The notes: generated by a model not told the origin, from the letters alone. A stretch of 64,000 bases of DNA from an uncultured delta proteobacterium (GCA_963775425.1 CAVZJB010000016.1:352001-416000), one strand, 5' to 3'. Counted from the first letter of the stretch, positions 47,653 to 61,654 are shown. Numbers and translations are program-made.

Positions 47653-49593
47653 ATGGGGCGCAAGACGTACAGCGAGTCGTTCACCGTGAACGTCCCCATC
47701 GAGCGCGCGTGGGACGTCATGGCCGACACGCAGCACTTGAACCAGCTCTTCTTCGGGCTGTCGGCGGCCACGGTGGAGTCGCGCGACGTCGACAAGGCCC
47801 GCATCCGCGGCTCGTTCGGGCCGCTCGCGCCCGTCTACGACGAGTACCCGTGGGTCTTCGAGGTGCCGCGGCGGTACAAGAGCCTGCGCGTCTTCGACGG
47901 CGGCCTGTTGAAGCGCCTCGAGAGCGAGTGCGTGCTCAAGGAGACAGGCGGCGGCACCGTCGTCGACTACGCCGTCCGCGTCGACGCCGTCGGCGGCCCC
48001 CTCGGCGCCGTCGCCGGCGCGGTCACCGTGCGCCGCACGCGCGCCGGGCTCGCGAAGATCCGCGCCATGCTCGCGAAGATGGCCGCCGAGCCGGGCGCGG
48101 TCGCCCCCGCGTGGCCGCCGGCGAACCCGCAGGCGGAGGCCGTGGCGCAGCGGGCCGCCGCCGTGGTCGCCGGCATGCGCGTCGATGACGACGCCGAGCG
48201 GCAGGCGCTCGAGCGCATCGTGCGCCACGTCGCCGAAGCCCCCGAGGCCGACGTCGCGCGCATGCGCCCCTACGAGCTCGCCGACGCATGGGGCCTCTCG
48301 CGCAAGAAGGCGCTCGCCGCGTGTCTGCGCGCGACGCAGGCGGGCTTGCTGCGACTGAGCTGGGACCTCCTGTGCCCGTCGTGCGAGGCCCCGAGCTCGG
48401 TGAAGTCGCTGAAGGACCTGCCCGAGGGCGGTCACTGCCCCGCGTGCGACATCGACTTCACCACGAGCTTCGAGCAGAACGTGGAGGCCACGTTCTCCCC
48501 CGAGCCCGCCATCCGCCAGGCCGAGCGCCTGCTGTTCTGCCACGGCTCACCGTCGTCGACGAAGTCGTGGCTCGCGCAGTTCGTCGTGGAGCCGCGCGAG
48601 AAGCAGGAGATAACCTTGCGGCTCGGCGCAGGGCGCTATCGGCTGCAGGCGCAGGGCATCGCGCGCGGCACCCTCATCGACGTCGACGAGGACGGCGCCG
48701 CCGACGTGCGCGTCGCCATCGAGACGCTCGAGGGGCAGCCCCGGCTGCCGGCGCAGGTGCCGGCGGCCAAGGCGGGGAGCTTCAAGCTGTTCGTCGAAAA
48801 CACGCGCGACGACGCCCGACGCGTCCAGATCGCGCACCGCGCGTTCGCGTCCAAGGCCGCCACCGCCGCCGACGTCACGGCCGTCGGGCTGTTCCGCGAG
48901 CTGTTCGGGGGTGAAGCGCTCGCGCCGGACCAGCACCTCGACGTCGGCCGCGGGACCATCGTGTTCACCGACCTCTGCGGCTCCACCGCGATGTACGAGC
49001 GCGTCGGCGACGCCTCCGCCTACGGCCTCGTGCGCGAGCACTTCCGGCTGTTGTTCGCCGCGGTCGACAAGCACGGCGGCCGCGTGGTGAAGACCGTCGG
49101 CGACTGCGTGATGGCGTCGTTCGACTCCCCCGTCGACGCCGTGCGCGCGGGCCGCGCCTGCGTCGTCGCGCTGCGCAGCCTGCGGGACAAGGACGGCGGA
49201 GCGCCCGGCCTCGCGCTCAAGGTCGGCGTGCACACCGGGCCGTGCCTCGCGGTCGAGGCCAACGGCCAGGTCGACTACTTCGGGCGCACGGTGAACATCG
49301 CCGCACGCGTCGAGAGCCTCGCCGGACCGGACGAGGTCGTCCTGTCGTGGAGCACCGCCGGCGACCGCGACGTGCGCGCGTGGCTCGACGACGTCGAGCG
49401 CGGCGGTGACGCCGTCCACGCGGACAAGCGCGCCGTCAAGGGCATCGCCGGCGACGTCGACGTCGTGCGCGTCGGTGTGAACTCCGCCGCCGTCGGCGAC
49501 GCCGCGGGCGCGCCGGCGGGGCCGCGCGCCGACGCGAACGCAGACGCGGCCGCCACACCCGCGCCGGTGGACGCGGCGAGGCCCGCGTCGTGA
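47653..49593 (+). CDS. Class III adenylate/guanylate cyclase with N-terminal SRPBCC and CxxC (DUF5939-like) domains
   Basis: CPSC and CPAC; IVFTDLCGST, VVKTVGD, DYFGRTVNIAARVES. Confidence 0.85.
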   Translation: MGRKTYSESFTVNVPIERAWDVMADTQHLNQLFFGLSAATVESRDVDKARIRGSFGPLAPVYDEYPWVFEVPRRYKSLRVFDGGLLKRLESECVLKETGGGTVVDYAVRVDAVGGPLGAVAGAVTVRRTRAGLAKIRAMLAKMAAEPGAVAPAWPPANPQAEAVAQRAAAVVAGMRVDDDAERQALERIVRHVAEAPEADVARMRPYELADAWGLSRKKALAACLRATQAGLLRLSWDLLCPSCEAPSSVKSLKDLPEGGHCPACDIDFTTSFEQNVEATFSPEPAIRQAERLLFCHGSPSSTKSWLAQFVVEPREKQEITLRLGAGRYRLQAQGIARGTLIDVDEDGAADVRVAIETLEGQPRLPAQVPAAKAGSFKLFVENTRDDARRVQIAHRAFASKAATAADVTAVGLFRELFGGEALAPDQHLDVGRGTIVFTDLCGSTAMYERVGDASAYGLVREHFRLLFAAVDKHGGRVVKTVGDCVMASFDSPVDAVRAGRACVVALRSLRDKDGGAPGLALKVGVHTGPCLAVEANGQVDYFGRTVNIAARVESLAGPDEVVLSWSTAGDRDVRAWLDDVERGGDAVHADKRAVKGIAGDVDVVRVGVNSAAVGDAAGAPAGPRADANADAAATPAPVDAARPAS

Positions 49594-51014
49594 CGACGGC
49601 GCTCGCGCTCGCCGCGCTCGTCGCTGCTGCCGCACCGCTGTCGCCGTGCACGCTGGACACGCCGGGGATGGCCCGCGAGAAGGCGCGCTGCGGCAGCGTC
49701 ATCGTCGACGACGGCGTCGCGGTCGCCTTCGCGGTGCTCGAGGCCACCGGGCACGAAAAGGCCGACGACCCCGTGGTACTCCTCCCCGGCGGACCGGGAC
49801 AGGCGGCCACCAATCTCGCCGGCTTCGCGACCATGGAGCTCGGGCCGGCCCTCGCCAAGCGCGACGTGGTGCTCTTCGATCCGCGCGGCACCGGCCGCTC
49901 GGGGAAGCTGAGCTGCCGCGACGAGCGCACCGTCGCGCAGAAGCTGGCCGCGAGCGACGACGACGAGCGCGCGCGGCTCGCGGCGTGCGCCGCCGCGCTC
50001 CGGTCGGACGCGCGCCGCTCAGGCGCCGTGGACCCCGCCTCGATAACGACTGGGCGCATCGCCAAGGACCTCGAGGCCGTGCGCGTCGCCCTGGGCGTCG
50101 AGCACCTCGATCTGCTCGGCATCTCGTACGGCACGCGCCTCGCCCTGGCCTACGACCGCGCCTTCCCCGGACGGGCCCGCGCCCTCGTGCTCGACAGCAC
50201 GGTGCCGTTTTCGATGGTGGTCGGCGCCACGGCCGCGCGCGACGCCGAAGCGGCGCTCGACGCCCTCGACGCGCGCAGCGGTCGTACGGGCAAACGCCCG
50301 CTCCTCGACATCGTCAAGGACGTGCGCGCGCGCCTCACCGCCGCGCCCGCGAAGGTCGTCGTCCCCCACCCCTCCACGGGCGCCGAGGTCGCGCTCTCCC
50401 TTGACGGCCGGGGTTTCGCGTCGACCGTACGCCTGCTTTTGTACTCCGACGCCACCGCCGCCGTCCTGCCGCCGCTCCTCGACGCCGCCGACGCCGGCGA
50501 CCTGCGCCCGCTCGCCGCGCAACTGTGGCTCGCCGACAAGGAGGCAGACAGCATCTCGGAGCCGATGCAGCTCTCGGTGCTGTGCGCCGAGGACGCGCCG
50601 TTGTTGCCGCCGGCGCCCGAGGGAGGCTCTCCGTTCGCCGCGACCGCCGACGAGCTCACGCGGGTCTGCGCGGTCTGGCCGCACGCCGCCGTCGAACGCT
50701 CCTTCCACGACGACGCGCCGCAGTCGCAGACGCCCGCGCTCGTCATCGCCGGCGGCGGCGACCCGGTGACGCCGCCGTGGACCGCGGACGCCGTGAAGAA
50801 GACCCTCGTGCGCGCCCGCGTTCTCATCGCGCGCGGCATGGGACACAACCCCGGCATGCAGGGCTGCCTCCCCGACGCCATCGCCCGCTTCCTCGACGAT
50901 CCCACCGGCGAACACCCTCGCGGCGACGACGGCGGCGCGGATCCGATCTCGGCGTGCGCGCGCCGCATGCGCCCGTTCCCCGCGTTCGTCGACGCCACGG
51001 GGCCGGCGCCGTGA
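49590..51014 (+). CDS. Secreted alpha/beta hydrolase (TAP-like peptidase)
   Basis: Motifs PGGPGQ, FDPRGTG.S, GISYGT, DPVTP, GH. Confidence 0.85.
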   Translation: MTTALALAALVAAAAPLSPCTLDTPGMAREKARCGSVIVDDGVAVAFAVLEATGHEKADDPVVLLPGGPGQAATNLAGFATMELGPALAKRDVVLFDPRGTGRSGKLSCRDERTVAQKLAASDDDERARLAACAAALRSDARRSGAVDPASITTGRIAKDLEAVRVALGVEHLDLLGISYGTRLALAYDRAFPGRARALVLDSTVPFSMVVGATAARDAEAALDALDARSGRTGKRPLLDIVKDVRARLTAAPAKVVVPHPSTGAEVALSLDGRGFASTVRLLLYSDATAAVLPPLLDAADAGDLRPLAAQLWLADKEADSISEPMQLSVLCAEDAPLLPPAPEGGSPFAATADELTRVCAVWPHAAVERSFHDDAPQSQTPALVIAGGGDPVTPPWTADAVKKTLVRARVLIARGMGHNPGMQGCLPDAIARFLDDPTGEHPRGDDGGADPISACARRMRPFPAFVDATGPAP

Positions 51015-51042
51015 GCGGCGTGGCGGCTTCATGGGATGCGCC

Positions 51043-51798
51043 ATGATCGAGCTTCGGGACGTCGAGAAGTCCTTCAAGGACGTGCACGCGCTGCGCGGCA
51101 CCACGTGGCGCGCCGACGACGGCGTCATCACCGGCGTGCTCGGACCAAACGGCGCCGGCAAGACCACGTCTCTGCGCATCGCCGCAGGGCTCATGCCGCC
51201 CGACAAGGGCACCGCGCGCGTCGACGGCATCGCCACCACCGGCGCCGCCGGCCGCGCCACCCGCGCCGGCGGCGACGACGTGCGGCGCCATATCGGCGCC
51301 CTGCCCCACGCGCACGGGCTCTATCCGCGCCTCAGCGCGCGCGAGCACGTGGTCTACTTCGGCCGGCTGCACGGGCTCGAAGACGCCGTCATCCAGGAGC
51401 GCATCGCGCGGCTCGTCGAGCGCCTCGACATGGGCGAGTTCATCGACCGGCGCACCGAGGGCTTCTCCCAGGGGCAGAAGCTCAAGGTCGCCATCGCGCG
51501 CATGCTGGTCCACGAGCCGCAGAACCTCATCCTCGACGAGCCCACCGCCGGCCTCGACGTCAAAGGCACGCGCGCCATGCGCGACGTCATCCGCGGCCTC
51601 AAGGCGGAGGGCCGCTGCGTGGTCTTCTCCAGCCACGTGATGCAGGAGGTGGCGGCCCTCTGCGACCGCGTCATCGTCATCGCCGAGGGGCGCGTGCGGG
51701 CGGCCGGCACGCCCGACGAGCTGCTCGCCACCACCGGCAAGGCGTCGCTCGAGGACGCGTTCGTCGCCGCCGTCGGCAGCGAGGAGGGGCTGGCGTGA
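51043..51798 (+). CDS. ABC transporter ATP-binding protein (NatA-like)
   Basis: Motifs GPNGAGKTT, FSQGQK, ILDEPTAGLD, FSSH. Confidence 0.9.
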   Translation: MIELRDVEKSFKDVHALRGTTWRADDGVITGVLGPNGAGKTTSLRIAAGLMPPDKGTARVDGIATTGAAGRATRAGGDDVRRHIGALPHAHGLYPRLSAREHVVYFGRLHGLEDAVIQERIARLVERLDMGEFIDRRTEGFSQGQKLKVAIARMLVHEPQNLILDEPTAGLDVKGTRAMRDVIRGLKAEGRCVVFSSHVMQEVAALCDRVIVIAEGRVRAAGTPDELLATTGKASLEDAFVAAVGSEEGLA

Positions 51799-52952
51799 GA
51801 GCGTTTCGCGTGATCTTCCAAAAGGAGGTGCGGGACAACCTGCGCGATCGGCGCGCGCTCACCACCGCGCTCATCATGCCGCTCCTCGGGCCGCTGACGC
51901 TGGTGGCGGCGTTCTTCGCCATCCAGCAGGCGGAAGAGAAGACGCGGGAGCCCCACGTGCCCGTCGTCGGCGCCGACAACGCGCCCGAGCTCGTGCACTT
52001 CCTCGAGGGACAGGGCGTCGTCGTCGAGGCCGCGCCGGCGGATCCCGAGGCCGCGGTCCGGTCGCAGCAAGCCGACGTGGTGCTGCGCATCCCGGCGGAC
52101 TTCGGCGCCCACCTGAGAGACGCCACGCCGGCCTCGGTGGAGCTCGTCTGCGACCCCGCGCGCCAGGACGCGGTGCCCACGCTCGATCGCGTTCAGCACC
52201 TGCTCGAAGGGTACGGGCACGAGATCGGATCGCTGCGCCTGCTCGTGCGCGGCGTCGACCCGTCCATCGTCGAGGCCCTGCGCGTCGAGCGCGACGTCGT
52301 CAGCGCGCCGCAGGCGCAGAAGGCGCTGTTCCTCGCGAGCCTCCCGCTGTTCGTCCTCATGTCCTGCTTCGTGTGCGGCCTGTACATCGCCATCGACATC
52401 ACGGCGGGCGAGCGCGAGCGCGGCTCGCTCGAGCCGCTCTTGTTGAACCCGGTGTCCACGCTGCAGATCGTGTTGGCCAAGGTCGCGGCCACCATGGTGT
52501 TCGCCGTCATCGGCGTCGCCGCCGGCATCGCCGCCTTCGCGGTGGTCATCCCGAGCGTTCCGTTTGCGCGCATCGGCGTCGACCTGCACGTCGCGCCGTC
52601 GGTGATCGCGGGCTACGCGCTGTTGTTCCTGCCGACGACGCTCCTCGCCGCGAGCCTGCAGATCTTCGTGGGCACGCTGTCAAAGACGCCCAAGGCGGCG
52701 CAGGCGACGCTCGGCCTGATGATGATGATCCCCATCGTGCCCGGCGTCATGGTCACCATGTTCCCCCGGCAGCCGACGCTCGCGCTGTGCGCCGTCCCCA
52801 CGCTCGGCGAGAGCATCCTCGCGCAGCGCCTGCTGCGCGGCGAAGACATCGTGGCCCTTTACTGGGTCGTAAACGCCGGCGTCGACGTCGTGGTCGCCGC
52901 CGTCCTCGTCGCGCTCACGGTGAGGCTCTTCGGCCCGCGGATGCTGTCGTAG
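51795..52952 (+). CDS. ABC transporter permease (NatB-like)
   Basis: Motifs IFQKEVRDNLRDRR and DITAGERERGSLEPLL; multiple TM helices. GTGA overlap. Confidence 0.88.
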   Translation: MRAFRVIFQKEVRDNLRDRRALTTALIMPLLGPLTLVAAFFAIQQAEEKTREPHVPVVGADNAPELVHFLEGQGVVVEAAPADPEAAVRSQQADVVLRIPADFGAHLRDATPASVELVCDPARQDAVPTLDRVQHLLEGYGHEIGSLRLLVRGVDPSIVEALRVERDVVSAPQAQKALFLASLPLFVLMSCFVCGLYIAIDITAGERERGSLEPLLLNPVSTLQIVLAKVAATMVFAVIGVAAGIAAFAVVIPSVPFARIGVDLHVAPSVIAGYALLFLPTTLLAASLQIFVGTLSKTPKAAQATLGLMMMIPIVPGVMVTMFPRQPTLALCAVPTLGESILAQRLLRGEDIVALYWVVNAGVDVVVAAVLVALTVRLFGPRMLS

Positions 52953-52965
52953 GGGACGCCGGGCG

Positions 52966-55699
<2,734 letters not shown>

Positions 55700-55703
<4 letters not shown>

Positions 55704-55768
55704 GTGCCGACCGGAGGGAGGCGCGCACTCTGACCGAGCGCTGCGAGGGAAGGCGTGCGGAACAGCAT
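55700..55768 (-). other. Double-hairpin element forming a 22-aa mini-ORF between sdhC and sdhA
   Basis: ATG overlaps the sdhC stop (TGATG) and the stop overlaps the sdhA start (ATGA). Peptide [22 protein letters not shown]. Contains the CGACCGGAGGGAG core shared with the 30-bp element. Confidence 0.6.
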
Positions 55769-56505
55769 CACGGGTTGCCCCAGAAGAAGAAGACGTACAG
55801 CGGCATGCTCACGTTGAGCACGATGATGACGGCGGCGACGGCGCGGCCGAGCAGGGAGAGCGCCGGCGACCACGTGGGGTGGTGCCAGCCGATGGACTGC
55901 CAGAGGCTGGCGGAGCCGTGGTAGAGGTGCGAGAGCAGCACGATCTGTCCCGCGCAGTACACGATGACGACCCACGGGATCTTGAACGCGTGCCACATCA
56001 TCTGAAAGACGTCGTGGGCGGGGGTGCCGTCCTTGAGCGTGGTCTCGGTGAAGAACTGCGGCAGCACCAACCCCCACGTGGTGTGGCTCAGGTGGAAGAA
56101 GAGAAACGTGAGCACGAGCAGGCCCGACGACGCCATGGTCATCGCCGCGGGCGTGGTGCGCATCCGCTTCTTCACGGCGTAGGCCACCGGGCGCGCGGCG
56201 CGGTTGAGCGCCGCGAGGCGGATGCCGAAGAAGATGTGGACGACGAAGCACAACAGGAGCCCGCCGCGCGCGACCCAGATGAAGGCGCCGTGCCCGATGT
56301 GGCGCAGGAAGACGCCGTACGCGTTGATGGCCTCGGCGCCCTGGAAGAGCTGCAGGTTGCCGAGCATGTGGATGAGCACGAAGCCCCACAGGCAGAAGCC
56401 CGTGACCGCCATGATCACCTTGGCGCCCACCGAAGAGCGCAAGAAGTCCAAGACCAGCGTAGACGCCGTCAGCGCGCCCCGCGAGCCCTCCTCCGTGTCA
56501 GCCAT
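55768..56505 (-). CDS. sdhC: Succinate dehydrogenase cytochrome b subunit
   Basis: Motifs [36 protein letters not shown]; about five TM helices. Confidence 0.9.
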   Translation of the reverse strand: MADTEEGSRGALTASTLVLDFLRSSVGAKVIMAVTGFCLWGFVLIHMLGNLQLFQGAEAINAYGVFLRHIGHGAFIWVARGGLLLCFVVHIFFGIRLAALNRAARPVAYAVKKRMRTTPAAMTMASSGLLVLTFLFFHLSHTTWGLVLPQFFTETTLKDGTPAHDVFQMMWHAFKIPWVVIVYCAGQIVLLSHLYHGSASLWQSIGWHHPTWSPALSLLGRAVAAVIIVLNVSMPLYVFFFWGNP

Positions 56506-56551
56506 AACGACCTCTCTATCTATCGACGCGCGACCCCGCTGATCGGTGACA

Positions 56552-57505
<954 letters not shown>

Positions 57506-57657
57506 TCAACCTCCACGCCCTCGTCGGGGCGATGACGCGGCGGACCCTAATCGCGCTCGTTTGTTCGCACAAGTGTGCAGGCGACCACGTTGCCGTCCCC
57601 CATGGACGGCCGGTCGAGCCAGGTCTAGATGCGGCGGCCAACAGGGAGTGGAAGACC

Positions 57658-59250
57658 ATGAGATTTCAGCTCGTGACGGCGGCGCTCATCGCCGCAGCGA
57701 TGGCGGCGTGCACGGGACCCGCGGGACAGGCGGGCGCCAAGGGGGATCAGGGCGACAAGGGCGACCCGGGCCAAAACGGCCAGAACGGGACCAACGGCCA
57801 GGACGGCCAGCCCGGCCAGGACGGGCAGGACGGGCAGGACGGGCAGAACGGCCAGGACGGCGTCGACGGCGTGAACGGCAACAACGTGGTGCTCTCCGAG
57901 CGCGCGCGCATCGGCTACGACATCGACGAGGCGGGCCTCGACCCCGAGCTGCTCGCCAACAACGGCTTGAGCGGCGATCAGATCGAGAGCATCGGCCGCG
58001 GCGCCTACCTCATGAACGCGGTCGCCGACTGCAAGGGCTGCCACAACGGCGTCGGCCCCATGGGCGAGACGCTCTACCTCGCCGGCAACGGCGACTTCCC
58101 GCTCGGCCCCGTCACCGTCGGCGGCAACACCGTCGACGGGCACGTGTTTGGCCGCAACCTGACGCCTGACGCCATCACCGGCATGAAGCTCAACGAGAAG
58201 CAGTTCGTCGAGGCGCTGCGCACGGGCAAGGACTTCCAGGACAGCGCGGTCGATCAGCAGCTCCTCGTCATGCCGTGGCAGAACACCCGCTGGCTCAGCG
58301 ACGGGGACCTGCAGGACATCTTCCGCTACCTCAAGCAGATCCCCGCGGTCAGCAACGCCGTCCAGGACGACGTGAAGCCCGTCATCCCCGTGGCGGCCGG
58401 GCCGTTCGGCGACAAGGGCCAGCAGGACAAGGTCGTCTCCTTCGGCGACGGAGACGTCGCGCGCGATCTGCCGTCCGCCCTCGATCCGACGCAGACGCCG
58501 CCGGCGCCCACGTCGGCGGCGGCCGAGGCGTTCGACGACGGCAACGTGTTGCGCGGCCTGGCCATCTCGCCGCTCGACGACGGCGCCACTGTCGCCGGCC
58601 TCTCGCCCGGGGACCAGGCGCTCTACGGCCGCGGCAGCTACCTCGTGAACGGCCCGGGCCTGTGCAACGAGTGCCACACCGCCGGCGGCAGGAACCTCGA
58701 CGGCACCGTGGCGACCAACATCTTCCTCGAGGGCGGCCAGGCGTTCGCGGTGCCGCCGCCGCTGCAGCCGGTCATCGGCCAGGTGCGCACCATGAGCGCG
58801 GACCTCATCGGCGCCGACAACGGCTTCGACGGCACGCTCGCCGACTTCATGACGACGATGGTGTCGGGCGTGTCCCTGCGAAACGACCCGCACCCCATGG
58901 GCTTCCCGATGCCGTTTCAGACGCTGCGCAACATGACCGTCGACGACAAGGCCGCCGTCTACATGTACGTGCACACGCTGCAGGGCGGCGGCGCGCTCAG
59001 CGGCGAGAGCCAGACGCAGTCGCCGGCGCGCTTCTGCGACACGGCCAACGGCGACGCCGACTGCGACGCGGGCGAGACCTGCACCGCCATCCAGGTGAAC
59101 GGCGCCGACACCGCGGAGTGCACCGGCAAGACCTGCGCGACCGACGCCGACTGCGGCGCCTGCCAGGCCTGCGCGGACCCCGGCTCCACCGGCACCACCA
59201 CGTGCCAGCCGGAGGATCCGGCGTCGGCCTGCGTGACCGGCTCGTTTTGA
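57658..59250 (+). CDS. Lipoprotein di-haem cytochrome c with collagen-like stalk and Cys-rich C-terminus
   Basis: Lipobox MAAC; 19 Gly-X-Y triplets (57715-57885); CKGCH and CNECH, each preceded by RGxYL and followed by an MP motif; Cys-rich tail. Confidence 0.8.
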   Translation: MRFQLVTAALIAAAMAACTGPAGQAGAKGDQGDKGDPGQNGQNGTNGQDGQPGQDGQDGQDGQNGQDGVDGVNGNNVVLSERARIGYDIDEAGLDPELLANNGLSGDQIESIGRGAYLMNAVADCKGCHNGVGPMGETLYLAGNGDFPLGPVTVGGNTVDGHVFGRNLTPDAITGMKLNEKQFVEALRTGKDFQDSAVDQQLLVMPWQNTRWLSDGDLQDIFRYLKQIPAVSNAVQDDVKPVIPVAAGPFGDKGQQDKVVSFGDGDVARDLPSALDPTQTPPAPTSAAAEAFDDGNVLRGLAISPLDDGATVAGLSPGDQALYGRGSYLVNGPGLCNECHTAGGRNLDGTVATNIFLEGGQAFAVPPPLQPVIGQVRTMSADLIGADNGFDGTLADFMTTMVSGVSLRNDPHPMGFPMPFQTLRNMTVDDKAAVYMYVHTLQGGGALSGESQTQSPARFCDTANGDADCDAGETCTAIQVNGADTAECTGKTCATDADCGACQACADPGSTGTTTCQPEDPASACVTGSF

Positions 59251-59305
59251 CCCGCGCGGCGTGACGCGCACGGAGGCGGGGCCGGCGACGGCCCCGCGTT
59301 CGTTG

Positions 59306-61654
59306 CTACGGGCCACCGTCGTCGGGGCCCGCGTCGAGCTCGGTGCCGGCGTCGATCTCCGTGCCGGCGTCGATCTCCGTCCCGGCGTCGATCTCCGTGC
59401 CGGCGTCGATCTCCGTCCCGGCGTCCGGGAGCTCCTCGTCGCAGCTCGTGAGCGAGTCGATCCACTGGGCGATCACCGGCGTGCCGACGGGCTCGACGAG
59501 CAGCGTGGCCAAAGGCGGCATCGCGTTGCGATCGCGACGCGACAGGCGAAAGAACATCTCGCTGTTGGCGGAGTTGCCGGGGTCCAGGATCTTGGCGTTG
59601 GGGATCTGCGCGATCATGAAGCGCGGCGTGACGTCGCAGATCTGCATCAGCGGCAGCGGTGTCTCGAAGCGGAAGTCGACGGTGACGGGCGTCGTGCCGC
59701 CGGGCTGGTGGCAGTGGGCGCAGTTGGCGTAGAGCCACGAGCGCGCGCGCGCCTGCACCGGGGCAGTCTCGTCCCCGGGCTCGGGGAACCGCGGCAGCGC
59801 TTCGGGCGCCTGCGTGAGCGTGCCGCCGAAGAGGCCCACGTAGTCCATGGCCTGGAGCTGGTTTTCCACGAAGCCGTCGTAGTCGTGCTCCGTGTTCATG
59901 CGCCCCGTCTGCAACCCGAGCGCGCGGCCGGCGCCCGCGCTGTGGCACAGCAGGCACTGCGAGCGGCTCGGGAAGGTGTGGCGGTGCCGCGCGTTGCCGC
60001 CCGCGTCGACGTGGCCGGGCTGCATCGGGAACGATTGGATCTCGCCACCGTCGAGGAGATACGCGTCGTCACGATCGCGATCCCACATGTAGCTGTAGCC
60101 CTCCCACAGCGTGTCGGTGCGCTTGATGAGGAAGCGCGTCTCCATGATGGGGTCGGGGGTGGCCGCGTCCTCGTCGTCGTCGAGCCGGAACTCCTTCATG
60201 ATGATGGTGCCGACGGGGAAGTCCCACGAGCCGCTCTCGGTGAAGCCGATGGTCTCCTCGCCCGGCAACACCAGGAACCGGCGCTTGCTCGCTCCGTCGG
60301 ACCACAGCGGCGTCCGCACCTCGTAGGGGATGAGCGACGCCGCCGGGCGCTGCGTGTGCACGTCGGCGAGGCAGCCGGTGGCGCTCACGGTGGTCGGGAA
60401 CGTGGGCGGGTCGACGCCCGCGGGGCGGACGAGCACGTGGAGGTGACCGGAGGTGTCGACGGCGAGGCCGCGTCCGGCGCTGTCCTCGCCGAGGGCGGCC
60501 ATGTCTGCCGGCAGCGTGGTGGTGACGGAGACGTTGCGCACGACGGCGCCGTCGTAGCGGAGGCCGGTGAGGTCCGCGCCGCAGGCGTCGCCGTACACGA
60601 GCGCCCCCTGGATGTCCGGCAGCGTCTTGTCGTGGGAGACGAAGCCGGCGACGAGGCCGCAGCCCGCGCGCAGCTCTTGCCGGATGGGGCGCACGGGGAA
60701 CGCGCCCGCGAACACGGTGGCGATGCGATCGCGGATGGGATCGCCGGCGTCGGTGGACCACAGCCTGCCGGTGATGCGATCGACGATGAGGGCCGTGGGC
60801 GCGAGCATCCCCGTCGCGTACACCTCGGGCGCCAGCGTGTCGGAGCCGATGAAGGGGTTGTCGACGGGGACGGCGTAGCCGGCGCCGGCAGGGCCGCCGA
60901 CGTCGAGCCGCAACACCTTCCCGGGGAATTGTAGCCCGTCGGCGGCGGCCGCGGAGTCGCCGCCGTCGCCGAGCGCGACGACGAGCGTGCCGTCCTGGAG
61001 GAACGCGAGCGCGCCGCCGGCGCGCGTGTCGTCGACGAGGTCGACGGAGACGAGGTCCTCTTCGTCGCCGGCGTCGGCCGCGCCGCCGGCGCCGGCGGGG
61101 AAGCGCGCGACCACGAGGCGCAGCGGATCATCCGACGGGATGAATGACGCGACGAGCACGGCGCCGTCGGGGGAGTACGCGGCCGCGACGAGCGAGCGGA
61201 CACCCGCGCTGACGTCGAGGACCACGTGGGCGTCCGAGCCGTCGCCGGCTTCGTCGAAGGCGCGCACCCGGCCCGCGCGTTCGACGACCGCGAGCTGATC
61301 CGCGTCGCGCGCGAGGCCGACGGCGTCGACCGCGGTGAGCGCTGGGAACGCGGCCTGGTTGTCGACGGGGACGATGTGCACCGGCGGCGTTCCGTCGAGG
61401 AAGCACGTGGTGTCTTCCACACGGGCCTCGATGCCGTGCTCGCGCGGGCCGGCGTCGACCGAACCGGCGTCTTCCAATCCGGCGTCCTCAGGGCCCGCGT
61501 CCGGGAGCCCGCCGTCCACGAGCCCCCCGTCCGCCGGCCCCGCGTCCGTGACGCCGCCGTCGTCGCCGCCGGGGAGGACGCCGTCGTCGACGACGGGGCT
61601 GCGTCCCGGACAGGCGGCGAGCGCCAGCACCGCCGCTGCCGCGAGCACGATCAT
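59306..61654 (-). CDS. Lipoprotein: glucose/sorbosone dehydrogenase (PQQ-type) propeller fused to a di-haem cytochrome c domain
   Basis: Lipobox LAAC; LGDGG..GKVLRLDV..YAVPVDNPF..PEVYATG; PLWSDGASKRR; CLLCH and NCAHCH.PGG; DAG repeats at both ends. Confidence 0.8.
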   Translation of the reverse strand: MIVLAAAAVLALAACPGRSPVVDDGVLPGGDDGGVTDAGPADGGLVDGGLPDAGPEDAGLEDAGSVDAGPREHGIEARVEDTTCFLDGTPPVHIVPVDNQAAFPALTAVDAVGLARDADQLAVVERAGRVRAFDEAGDGSDAHVVLDVSAGVRSLVAAAYSPDGAVLVASFIPSDDPLRLVVARFPAGAGGAADAGDEEDLVSVDLVDDTRAGGALAFLQDGTLVVALGDGGDSAAAADGLQFPGKVLRLDVGGPAGAGYAVPVDNPFIGSDTLAPEVYATGMLAPTALIVDRITGRLWSTDAGDPIRDRIATVFAGAFPVRPIRQELRAGCGLVAGFVSHDKTLPDIQGALVYGDACGADLTGLRYDGAVVRNVSVTTTLPADMAALGEDSAGRGLAVDTSGHLHVLVRPAGVDPPTFPTTVSATGCLADVHTQRPAASLIPYEVRTPLWSDGASKRRFLVLPGEETIGFTESGSWDFPVGTIIMKEFRLDDDEDAATPDPIMETRFLIKRTDTLWEGYSYMWDRDRDDAYLLDGGEIQSFPMQPGHVDAGGNARHRHTFPSRSQCLLCHSAGAGRALGLQTGRMNTEHDYDGFVENQLQAMDYVGLFGGTLTQAPEALPRFPEPGDETAPVQARARSWLYANCAHCHQPGGTTPVTVDFRFETPLPLMQICDVTPRFMIAQIPNAKILDPGNSANSEMFFRLSRRDRNAMPPLATLLVEPVGTPVIAQWIDSLTSCDEELPDAGTEIDAGTEIDAGTEIDAGTEIDAGTELDAGPDDGGP
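59331..59425. repeat. 18-bp coding repeat x5 (DAGTEI)
   Basis: Repeated CCGGCGTCGATCTCCGT(G/C) units. Confidence 0.9.
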
